Assembly: GCA_963666595.2 (NCBI GenBank)
Contig: CAXXSV010000002.1
Location: forward strand, 393,166 to 425,165
Reading direction: 5' to 3'
Length of the DNA stretch: 32,000 nucleotides
From: Opitutales bacterium
Lineage (GTDB): Bacteria; Verrucomicrobiota; Verrucomicrobiia; Opitutales; CAXXNP01
Part shown: piece after piece, positions 15,737 through 24,204 of the stretch
How the letters are laid out: the number at the start of each line of letters is the position of its first letter
Position numbering within the stretch: position 1 is the stretch's first letter
Notes under the pieces: model-generated
The model's database searches: none
Told to the model about the DNA's origin: nothing
What the model saw: the letters and a program-made list of their open reading frames with translations, nothing else
Translations under genes and position numbers: made by a program

Positions 15737-17914
15737 TTAAAAAAGTTCTTTCTGGTCTTGCTCCTGGTCGGCCCCGAGGAATGGGCCGTAGCGTTTTATC
15801 CAGGCGTCGATCTTTTTCGTGTAATACGCGGGATCGTAGGGATGATGTTCGAGATTGTAAGCATCAACCGCACGAGCGCGCTGCCAATCGGATCTTTTGC
15901 CTTTTTCAGCGGGTTGAATATAGTAACTGACCCGCTCACCCTGTTTGGGTCGGGGTTCGACTTGCAGGGCTACTTCCAGGGACGCCCGCCGCGGTTTTCC
16001 ACCGGCGTCGATCAGTTTTTGGTAATTGTCGGGACTTTTGCTGATGTATTCGGACTTGGCGAGCTGGAGGATATCCACGGAGCGCGTTTCAATCTTTGAG
16101 CGAAGCTCTGATGCTAGTTCGAGAGGCGAGACGGTCTCCAAATCCAACAGAAAGCTGATAAGGTGATCTGTGAGCTTCTTCAGAAAGGGCTCCATTCCCC
16201 GGGATCGCAGAGCGGAACCTCGAATGGTTATTTTTTTGCCATCGTAAAGGGCGTAATTTTTGGCTCCGTAGCAAAACATGGTCGGATACCTTCCGTCGTG
16301 CTCGAGTTCGAGGCCTTCTGGTAGGATGTGTGCGACTTTTTCCAGAAGGACTTCGGGATGGTCCCAAAACTCGTCGGTCGCTAAGTAAATACCGTCGGTG
16401 TCGGCCTCCAGCAAGCGGCAACCGAGGCGCTCGAACTCGGCAATTAACTTCTGGAGTAGTTCGCGCCCTCGTCGGGTAACTTCGGCCGCCAGGTCGCTGT
16501 CTGCGAATCGCGCACCATTGAAGCCGAGGTAACCATAAAATGAATTTATGAGGATTTTGAAACTTGCCTGGCGGGCGTCGTATTCGATGCGCAAGTTTTT
16601 ACTATCCGTGGCGCGTGCCAACTCCTTATACTTGAGGCGGTATTGTCGCAGTTCCCGCAGGAGAGGTATAAATATACCAAGGGAATCGTTGGCCGGATTG
16701 CGCCCCATAAGCATAAGCAGGCTCGGGTAGAGTGAAGCCACGTCGAAATGGTGTATTTGCTTAAAAACGCCGGTCTCGAAACTCCGGGTATATCCGCCCT
16801 CAAAGGTGGAAACTGGAGCTCCGAGTGGAAGGGCACGCCGGGCATGGTGGTATTTTTCCAAAATGAGCAGATCAACCTTGTGGGCCGTCCCCCGCAGAAA
16901 GATTTCCTGCAGGGTCATGGGAAAATTCTTTGCCTGAGCGAAATAAGTGGGCAGGATAATTGCAGCAATGCCTCGGGTTTCGCGCAGGTCATCATCCAGG
17001 TATGCGAGAAATTTCCGGCGATCTTCAATAAAGGCTTTTTGGATTTCGTTGCCCGGCAGGTAAGTGCGTTTCTCGGGACCCTCCCCCGTCACTCCCAAGA
17101 AAATAGCTACATCCTTCAGGCTGTAGGAGGTCATGGCACGGGCGGTCAGGTCAAATATCTGGATGGCCAGAAGGGTATCGAAGACGGCGCGGCCGGGTAT
17201 GTCGCACCGGACAAAATCGATCCAGCGTTCAGCCACGCGCAATCGGCTGTTGCGAAATACTGCATTTTGTCCGAAGCGCCCCCAAGCGCATGGCACTTTC
17301 AACCTCATACCGCGACGGCGCAGATACTCGAGATCGAAATTAAATATGTTGTGTCCCTCGATGACATCCGGATCCATTCGACGCAGGATGGTATTGAAGT
17401 CCTTGAGGAGCTTGCGCTCCGCCGCGTCGGACATCTCCTCCAAGGTTAAGAACACAGGCTCGGGTTTATAACTAAAACTCAATCCTATCGCCAGCACACG
17501 GTCTTCGGGCCGGTTGGGGTTGCTGAAACCCCCCGGTACCGAACAACCTGTTTCAATGTCGCACTGGCATCGCCGCAGGTCGTCAAAACTCAAACCGTCA
17601 AACAATCGGGCCTCCCGGTCTAACAGGAACTGGTTCTCAAGGGGCCGGACCGAATCCATGGCAAAAGAGCGGTCCTGCCGTCCCGACAGTTCCCTATAAG
17701 CCTTAATTGTATCGAATACCAGCAACTGACGAACAGGGGCGTCGCCTTCGAGCTTTTCTGCCTTGAAATGACCTTCCTGCGGCAAATGCTCGGCCCAGGC
17801 GAGGGGATGAAAATCCTCCTTCGATTCCTCCCTCTTATCATTGCCGGCGCACAGAGACATGCATGCCCTGCTTTCGGGGTCGATCCAGATACCGCATAAA
17901 TTTGAATAATCCAT
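15737..17914 (-). CDS. polB: Family-B DNA polymerase with 3'-5' exonuclease domain
   Basis: Exonuclease motifs: Exo I CDIETG, Exo II HNIFNFDLEYL, Exo III YLDDDLRET. Polymerase motifs: motif A DVASLYPSLL, motif B KILINSFYGYLG, motif C LEADTDGIYLA, and a KxY-like AKNYAL. The track start at 18022 is GTG with a non-homologous 36-aa leader, so the ATG at 17914 is preferred. Confidence 0.9.
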   Translation of the reverse strand: MDYSNLCGIWIDPESRACMSLCAGNDKREESKEDFHPLAWAEHLPQEGHFKAEKLEGDAPVRQLLVFDTIKAYRELSGRQDRSFAMDSVRPLENQFLLDREARLFDGLSFDDLRRCQCDIETGCSVPGGFSNPNRPEDRVLAIGLSFSYKPEPVFLTLEEMSDAAERKLLKDFNTILRRMDPDVIEGHNIFNFDLEYLRRRGMRLKVPCAWGRFGQNAVFRNSRLRVAERWIDFVRCDIPGRAVFDTLLAIQIFDLTARAMTSYSLKDVAIFLGVTGEGPEKRTYLPGNEIQKAFIEDRRKFLAYLDDDLRETRGIAAIILPTYFAQAKNFPMTLQEIFLRGTAHKVDLLILEKYHHARRALPLGAPVSTFEGGYTRSFETGVFKQIHHFDVASLYPSLLMLMGRNPANDSLGIFIPLLRELRQYRLKYKELARATDSKNLRIEYDARQASFKILINSFYGYLGFNGARFADSDLAAEVTRRGRELLQKLIAEFERLGCRLLEADTDGIYLATDEFWDHPEVLLEKVAHILPEGLELEHDGRYPTMFCYGAKNYALYDGKKITIRGSALRSRGMEPFLKKLTDHLISFLLDLETVSPLELASELRSKIETRSVDILQLAKSEYISKSPDNYQKLIDAGGKPRRASLEVALQVEPRPKQGERVSYYIQPAEKGKRSDWQRARAVDAYNLEHHPYDPAYYTKKIDAWIKRYGPFLGADQEQDQKELF

Positions 17915-18086
17915 CTTTAAAATAAGCAGAAACGGACTCCTATACTTCCCTACTCTACTTCCTGTGGAAATCCGTGACAACGGATAATTTTCCAAAGTAC
18001 GGTTTGGGCAACGAACCCACACGCTATAAACTCCTTAAGAAATGCAGACTTGTCTGAAATCAAAAAACCGGTTTGGTTGAACAGTG

Positions 18087-18947
18087 ATGAATTTTTCCAA
18101 ATACCACGCGCTGGGCAATGATTATCTGGTCCTCGATCCGCAGGACTCGCCCGAACCGCCACAATCAAATGATATCCGCCTTATATGCCATCGTAATTTC
18201 GGTCTCGGTTCAGACGGAATTCTTTACGGTCCCGAACCGAGTGACAAGGCCGATTTCGGGTTGCGAATATTCAATCCCGATGGAGGTGAAGCGGAAAAAA
18301 GCGGCAATGGCCTGCGCATTTTCGCACGCTACTTATGGGATTGCGGCCGAGTAAAAGAAGAACCTTTTACCGTCCACACACCGGGAGGCGTCGTGACCTG
18401 CAAGATAATCGATAAGGGCGAGGCGGTGACTGTGGAAATGGGCAAAATCAGCTTTCATAGCGGAGACATTCCTGTTGAGGGCCAGGAACGTGAAGTATTG
18501 GCTGAGGAAGTAGAGTTGGAAGGGAGGTCTTATCTCTTTTACGCGGCCACAATCGGCAATCCTCATTGCGTGCTGCCTCTGCCTGAAATATCAAGTCGCT
18601 TGGCTACTCAACTCGGCCCACTACTCGAATCCAACGCCCTTTTTCCCAATCGCACCAATGTCCAGTTACTCAAAATTCTGGACAGAAATAACATCCAAAT
18701 CGAAATCTGGGAGCGCGGAGCCGGCTACACCCTGGCTTCCGGCACGAGCAGTGCGGCGGCGGCGGCCGTGGCACGGAAAATGGGCGAAGTGGACGCCGAA
18801 CTGACCGTCCACATGCCCGGAGGGAAAATCAAAATCCAAATTGGTGACGATTATTCCATCACTATGAGTGGATCGACAACACGTGTCGGTGAAATTAAAA
18901 TTGATCAGGAGGCCTTGCGATGGGCCTTGCCAGACAATCAGATTTAA
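18087..18947 (+). CDS. dapF: Diaminopimelate epimerase
   Basis: MNFSKYHALGNDYLVLD, NPDGGEAEKSGNG, GNPHCV and ERGAGYTLASGTSS (both catalytic-Cys regions or their equivalents) are present. The ATG at 18087 lies immediately after the GTG at 18084. Confidence 0.93.
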   Translation: MNFSKYHALGNDYLVLDPQDSPEPPQSNDIRLICHRNFGLGSDGILYGPEPSDKADFGLRIFNPDGGEAEKSGNGLRIFARYLWDCGRVKEEPFTVHTPGGVVTCKIIDKGEAVTVEMGKISFHSGDIPVEGQEREVLAEEVELEGRSYLFYAATIGNPHCVLPLPEISSRLATQLGPLLESNALFPNRTNVQLLKILDRNNIQIEIWERGAGYTLASGTSSAAAAAVARKMGEVDAELTVHMPGGKIKIQIGDDYSITMSGSTTRVGEIKIDQEALRWALPDNQI

Positions 18948-18963
18948 TTTAAATTACAGGTTT

Positions 18964-19281
18964 ATGAAATCCTTACTGGCTGTATTGATGTTCGCCGGCC
19001 TCATTTTCTGCGGGCCATTCGGTTGCGTGAACAAGGCTCTTTCACCGCTGGAGGGGTCGCCGCTCGGATCAGTCGTTTCCGGAAAAACCAGGAATGTCGA
19101 TGACTACCTCAAACGGGTCGAGGAAAAGAACATCGAGGACCAGCGTGAAGCACAATTCGAGGTCGGCCGCGAAGAGGAGCGCGTTTTCAACCTCAAGAGC
19201 GACAAATACGAATATCTCCCAAAAGACGCCGAGAAGCGTTGGAACGAGGATGAGCAGCGCTGGGAATTCGATCCCCGATAA
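18964..19281 (+). CDS. Small hypothetical secreted or membrane-anchored protein (105 aa), charged C-terminal half
   Basis: The ATG at 18964 gives MKSLLAVLMFAGLIFCGPFGCVNK, which is signal- or lipoprotein-like. The longer track ORF (18868) would overlap dapF. No domain was recognised. Confidence 0.5.
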   Translation: MKSLLAVLMFAGLIFCGPFGCVNKALSPLEGSPLGSVVSGKTRNVDDYLKRVEEKNIEDQREAQFEVGREEERVFNLKSDKYEYLPKDAEKRWNEDEQRWEFDPR

Positions 19282-19302
19282 AAATTCCGGTACTGTTGCC
19301 CG

Positions 19303-21495
19303 TTAAAACAGACTATAGGTTACGGTTATCCCAGCCGTGATAACGGATACCATGCTCATCAATTTGATAAGGATGTTGAGACTGGGCCCGGAGGTGTCTT
19401 TGAAGGGGTCTCCAACAGTATCGCCAATGATTGTGGCTTTATGCGCATCGGAGCCTTTGCCTCCAAGATGCCCTTCCTCGATATATTTCTTTGCGTTATC
19501 CCAGGCGCCTCCCGCATTGGCCATGAAGATGGCCAGGACAAATCCCGATCCTAGAGCGCCGGTAAGCAAGCCAATCACCCCGGCGGGTCCGAAAATTAAC
19601 CCGATGGCTACAGGTGTGCTAACAGCAAGAAACGAGGGCAACAACATTTCGCGCTGGGCGCCACGCGTGGATATTTCAACGCAGCGAGCGTAATCCGGTT
19701 CGACATTGCCTTCAAGGATGCCGGGAAACTCCTTGAATTGACGGCGCACTTCTGAAACCATGGCCGAGGCGGATCGGGCGACGGCTTTCATGGTCAAGCC
19801 GCAAAAAATATACGCCATCATGGAGCCGATAAAGATCCCTGCGATAACGATGGGGTTCATTAAATGAATTTCAAAGTGGTTGACAAAATCGAAGAAGGAG
19901 GCATCCTCCACTGGCACTGCGCTGCCGCCCGGTAAGGTTAACTCGCCTCCTTTGCGCAGCATGGCGGGCTTGAGTTGTTCCATATAGCAGGCGATCAGGG
20001 CAAGAGCGGTCAGAGCGGCTGAACCGATGGCAAACCCCTTGCCCACCGCAGCCGTAGTATTACCGAGGGCATCCAGGGCATCGGTGCGCTGCCGTACTTC
20101 CGGGCCCAGACCGCTCATCTCGGCGTTGCCGCCGGCGTTATCGGCTATCGGGCCATAAGCGTCGGTGGCCAGTGTTATACCCAATGTGGAAAGCATGCCA
20201 ACAGCAGCGAAACCTATGCCGTAAAGACCTTGAGAAACGTTTGCAGGGTCAAACTCGCATGCAAAATAATATGCCAAAAATATAGCCGTAGCCACGGATA
20301 TGACCGGAATGCATGTCGATACCATCCCGTTGCCTAAACCGGTGATGATGACTGTGGCTGCTCCCGTTGAAGAGCTTTGGGCGATCTCCATGGTCGGCCG
20401 GTGAGAGAGCGAAGTATAGTATTCAGTGGAATGGCCGATAATGATTCCGGCTACCAAGCCGATAACCACCGCACCCCAAAGGCCCCAATATCCTTCAAAG
20501 CCGAGCTCCTTTATAAGGTAAAACGAAGCGATTACCACCAGGATTGAGCTAAGGCGGATACCGCGGTTCAAGGCATTGAGCAAATCCTTCTGACTCGCTC
20601 CCTCTTTTACGCGCACAAAAAACGCGCCGACAACCGATGCCAGGGTGCCTGCACCAGCCACGACCATAGGCGCAATAACAGCTTTGAGCTGCATGTCCGG
20701 ATCTCCATAAAAAGCCGCCGCTCCCAAGGCGGAAGTCGCCAGTATAGACCCGCAGAAGGACTCGTAGAGGTCAGCTCCCATTCCGGCTACATCACCTACA
20801 AAGTCGCCCACATTATCGGCGATAGTTGCGGGATTGCGCGGGTCGTCCTCGGGGATACCGGCTTCTATCTTGCCCACCAGGTCGGCCCCGACATCGGCGG
20901 CCTTGGTATAAATACCCCCGCCGACCCGGGCAAACAGCGCCTGCAATGAGGCTCCCATGCCGTAGGCAAGCATAGTCGTAGTAATCAGCAGGAGGTTGTT
21001 CGAGGCATTGTCGCTGTCGATGGGATACCGGGTCGACAAAAAGAAAAACCACAGGCAAATTGCCAGAAGCCCCAGTCCGACCACCGACAAGCCCATCACT
21101 GCTCCGCTGCGAAAGGCCACTCGCAGGCCGTGATTAAGGGAGTCGCGCGCCGCTTCGGTGGTGCGGCTGGCCGCGCAGGTGGCGGTCTTCATCCCGAAAA
21201 ATCCGGCCAGGCCTGACAAGAAACCGCCGGTTAAAAAAGTTAAAGGCGCCCATGGGCTATGCATTTTGAAGCCTAACGCGAACACTACGAACACCAGAAA
21301 GAGCAAAGCAAAAATCAGGGATACAACTTTGTATTGCTGCCTGAGGTAGGCGTGAGCGCCCCTGGTAACATGGGAGGCTATTTTAATCATCAGCTCATTG
21401 CCCTCGTTTTCCCGCATCATCTGACGGAAAAAATAACCTGCGTAGAAAAGAGCGACTAATGAAGACACCGGCGCTAGCCAGAATAAAGGTTCCAT
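19303..21495 (-). CDS. hppA: Membrane-bound proton/sodium-translocating pyrophosphatase
   Basis: A 730-aa polytopic protein with M-PPase signatures: GGIYTKAADVGADLVGK, DNVGDFVGDVAGMGADL, GDTVGDPFKDTSGPSLN and GGAWDNAKKYIE. Confidence 0.95.
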   Translation of the reverse strand: MEPLFWLAPVSSLVALFYAGYFFRQMMRENEGNELMIKIASHVTRGAHAYLRQQYKVVSLIFALLFLVFVVFALGFKMHSPWAPLTFLTGGFLSGLAGFFGMKTATCAASRTTEAARDSLNHGLRVAFRSGAVMGLSVVGLGLLAICLWFFFLSTRYPIDSDNASNNLLLITTTMLAYGMGASLQALFARVGGGIYTKAADVGADLVGKIEAGIPEDDPRNPATIADNVGDFVGDVAGMGADLYESFCGSILATSALGAAAFYGDPDMQLKAVIAPMVVAGAGTLASVVGAFFVRVKEGASQKDLLNALNRGIRLSSILVVIASFYLIKELGFEGYWGLWGAVVIGLVAGIIIGHSTEYYTSLSHRPTMEIAQSSSTGAATVIITGLGNGMVSTCIPVISVATAIFLAYYFACEFDPANVSQGLYGIGFAAVGMLSTLGITLATDAYGPIADNAGGNAEMSGLGPEVRQRTDALDALGNTTAAVGKGFAIGSAALTALALIACYMEQLKPAMLRKGGELTLPGGSAVPVEDASFFDFVNHFEIHLMNPIVIAGIFIGSMMAYIFCGLTMKAVARSASAMVSEVRRQFKEFPGILEGNVEPDYARCVEISTRGAQREMLLPSFLAVSTPVAIGLIFGPAGVIGLLTGALGSGFVLAIFMANAGGAWDNAKKYIEEGHLGGKGSDAHKATIIGDTVGDPFKDTSGPSLNILIKLMSMVSVITAGITVTYSLF

Positions 21496-21665
21496 GGATT
21501 AAATTCTTTTTTTGTTATCGAGGTGACTTATTCGGGTTTGAAAAGTTACTGTCGCGATGTTTGTAGTCCCTGATTGGTAAAAGCAAGGTGATTTTGACAT
21601 TAAAGGAAGGTTTTTATATTATCCCTTCCAATAATTAAAAACACTAGTAAATCTTATTAAGCTTC

Positions 21666-22391
21666 ATGGACCTCAACGGGCAATTCTACCGTCACCTACT
21701 CGGCCTTTTTGACGAGGAGGAAAGCAAAAATCGCGAAACTTTAAAAACACTCGGGGCAGTCATCGGGAAATCTTTCGGAGAAGGCGGCGTCCTGCATACC
21801 TTCGGCAGCGGCCATTCCGGCATCCTCGCCCAGGAAATGGTTCATAGGGCGGGCGGACTGGTCCCCGTAAGCGCCATTGTCGATCCCACCGGCGGTTGGA
21901 CGGAGACCCTGCCCGGTTATGGGACAGAGCTGGTAAAGCGCCATCATTACAACTACGAACTGCTCCCCGGCGAAACCATTATTGTAATATCCAACAGCGG
22001 AAAGAACCCCTGCCCCATTGAAGTGGCCCTGGCTTGCCGGAAACTTGGCCTGACTGTCGCTGCAGTCACCAGCCTGGCCATGTCCCGGAAAGCAAAGTCC
22101 GGTCATGCCTGCGGAAAACGCCTCTTTGAAGTAGCCGACCATGTATTGGACAACGGGGGCGAGATCGGAGACGCAGCAATACCCATACCCGGGCATCCCG
22201 ACAAGGCGGGCCCCACATCGACCTTGTCCGGCGCCCTTTTGCTCAACCTGCTGCTAATGGAAATAATCGAATACCTGACTCTTAATAATTTACCTGTTCC
22301 GATTCTGCGCAGCGCCAATATGCCCGGCGCTCGCGAATACAATGCCGAAATCTCCGCTCAATACAAACACCGCCTAAGCCGCCCAATATAA
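21666..22391 (+). CDS. SIS (sugar isomerase) domain protein, UPF0309 family
   Basis: HTFGSGHSGILAQEMVHRAGGLVPV, IVISNSGKNPCPIEVAL, GKRLFEVADHVLDNGG and GPTSTLSGALLLN match my recollection of the UPF0309/SIS family along the full length. Confidence 0.85.
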   Translation: MDLNGQFYRHLLGLFDEEESKNRETLKTLGAVIGKSFGEGGVLHTFGSGHSGILAQEMVHRAGGLVPVSAIVDPTGGWTETLPGYGTELVKRHHYNYELLPGETIIVISNSGKNPCPIEVALACRKLGLTVAAVTSLAMSRKAKSGHACGKRLFEVADHVLDNGGEIGDAAIPIPGHPDKAGPTSTLSGALLLNLLLMEIIEYLTLNNLPVPILRSANMPGAREYNAEISAQYKHRLSRPI

Positions 22392-22413
22392 AGAACGGTC
22401 AATATTAGAGGGT

Positions 22414-23751
22414 CTATTTCTTCTCAGGGGCTTTCGACAGAGCTTTTTTAAGGGCGGACTCCAGGCTTTTCTGCGGTACGTCGGTTTCGCTACCGCTTGA
22501 GAGGTCGCGGATTTTGACATTGCCGGCGGCGAGTTCTGAGGAGCCGTAGATTAAGGCGAGTCGAGCGCCCGACTGCCCTGCTGATTTGAATTGTTTGCCA
22601 AAAGCAATGTCCTTTAGGGCATATTCGACACTGAAACCGAGGGCGCGCAATCGCGCAATATCGCTCAGGGCGGCCTTGCGCTCGGGCTCCTCGCCCATGA
22701 CTACATAGATATCGGGAGTCTGGGTGAAATCCGGCAGTAATTTCTTTTTCTCGAGCAGGTCGGTGAGAACAACATCGCCAAGACCGAATCCGGTGGCTGG
22801 GAGGTCGGGGTAGCCGAGTTTTTTCACCAGGTGATCGTATCGGCCTCCTCCCGCGAGGGCGCGGGAACGGCCGGACTTTTCAAATACCTCGAATACAAAT
22901 CCCGTGTAGTAGGCCAGACCGCGCACTATACCCAGGTCGATTTTGATCCATGGGGTGAGTCCCAACCCGTCGAGACGGTTCAGGAGGGTTTCCCATTGTG
23001 CGAGGCGGTAGGTGAGCCGGTCTTTGATTTCGGCATCTGGAGCTTGGCTGAAGAGAAATGTTCGAAGATGATCTAGTTCACGGATACTTATCAAGGTATC
23101 AATTTTGCTTAAGGAATCCTCGGCAGCATCCCCAAAATAGACCCGTAGGTGATCAATGGTTTTTTTTCGCTCTACGCGCTCTATCTTGTCTATGATGGAG
23201 AGGACTTGCAATGCGCGTTCGTCTTTGCAACCGAGGCAGGCGAGGAAATCGATCCACAAGTCCCGATCGCTGAGGCGCAGGCAAATATCTTCGGCGGTAA
23301 GTCCGAAAACTGAGAAAGATTGGAGGCAAAGGGCGATCAGTTCCGCATCGGCCCCGGGACCGGTCTCGCCAAGGATGTCGGCATTTAACTGGTAATGAGA
23401 ACGCAGCCGGCCCTTTTGCGGGCGTTCATAACGGAAATTTTCGCCAATACAGAACCATTTGACCGGCTTTTTAAGGCTGGCGGATTTAGCTCCCACCATT
23501 CTTGCCAGGGAAGGGGTCAATTCGGGCCGCAAGGCGACTTCGCGGTCTCCCTTGTCGGTAAAATTAAAGAGTTGCGAAACTATTTCCTGGCCGCTTTTTA
23601 CCTTGAAGAGTTCCAGCGGTTCGAGCAGCGGGGCATCATACCGGCTGAAGCCGAAGCGCAGAGCCGTCTGCTCCCATTTCTCGAAGATGTAATTGCGAGC
23701 CGCACATTGCGCCGGATAAAATTCACGGAATCCCGGCAGGCAGTGGAACAT
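22414..23751 (-). CDS. hisS: Histidine--tRNA ligase
   Basis: LPGFREFYP, class II motifs (FRYERPQKGRLRSHYQ, GGGRYD) and a C-terminal anticodon-binding domain are present. The track start at 23787 is TTG. The ATG at 23751 gives the canonical MFHCLPGFREFYP N-terminus. Confidence 0.93.
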   Translation of the reverse strand: MFHCLPGFREFYPAQCAARNYIFEKWEQTALRFGFSRYDAPLLEPLELFKVKSGQEIVSQLFNFTDKGDREVALRPELTPSLARMVGAKSASLKKPVKWFCIGENFRYERPQKGRLRSHYQLNADILGETGPGADAELIALCLQSFSVFGLTAEDICLRLSDRDLWIDFLACLGCKDERALQVLSIIDKIERVERKKTIDHLRVYFGDAAEDSLSKIDTLISIRELDHLRTFLFSQAPDAEIKDRLTYRLAQWETLLNRLDGLGLTPWIKIDLGIVRGLAYYTGFVFEVFEKSGRSRALAGGGRYDHLVKKLGYPDLPATGFGLGDVVLTDLLEKKKLLPDFTQTPDIYVVMGEEPERKAALSDIARLRALGFSVEYALKDIAFGKQFKSAGQSGARLALIYGSSELAAGNVKIRDLSSGSETDVPQKSLESALKKALSKAPEKK

Positions 23752-23789
23752 ACGAACACTCCACGGTGGCAATTGACCCAACCGCAACT

Positions 23790-24104
23790 CTACTTTTTGA
23801 TCAACTCGAGGTCTAGCTTTTTCAGCTTAGTCCTGAGTTCTTTGCCGGCCTTGAACTTAATCACGGCGCGGGTGGGGATTTCGACATCTGTTTCGGGTTT
23901 ATTAGGATTGCGGCCGATCCTGGCTTTGCGCACTTGCACTTCGAATACGCCAAAATTCCGCAACTCCACGTTCCGGCCTTCAGCTAGCGCACGAGCTATT
24001 GCATCCAAGGTCAATTGCACCACTTCGCGGACCTCCTTTTGCGGGAACCCGGTCCTGTCATATATGTCAAGAACGATGTCTCGTTTTGTGAAGTTGTCTA
24101 ACAT
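23790..24104 (-). CDS. HU/IHF-family DNA-binding protein
   Basis: FTKRDIV...GFPQKEVREVVQLTLDAIARALAEGRNVELRNFGVFEVQVRKARIGRNPNKPETDVEIPTRAVIKFKAGKEL shows the full HU/IHF fold signature, including the RNP arm. The track start at 24116 is TTG, so the ATG at 24104 is preferred. Confidence 0.85.
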   Translation of the reverse strand: MLDNFTKRDIVLDIYDRTGFPQKEVREVVQLTLDAIARALAEGRNVELRNFGVFEVQVRKARIGRNPNKPETDVEIPTRAVIKFKAGKELRTKLKKLDLELIKK

Positions 24105-24204
24105 ATGAGTTGTCAATATCTGAAACTTGTATACGTTATCTTGTCAAAGTTATTAACTATCTGATACTTCTGTTTATACCAAAGCAAGTGTCAAATAATA
24201 AATT

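Noticed and set aside
15737-18022. PolB as the marker of a pipolin, casposon or other self-replicating mobile element.
   Set aside because: There is no Cas1, integrase, terminal inverted repeat, tRNA attachment site or plasmid/phage gene nearby. The neighbours are dapF and metabolic or transport genes. The only recombinase in the window is an XerC/D-like fragment about 15 kb away that looks like the housekeeping dimer-resolution enzyme.
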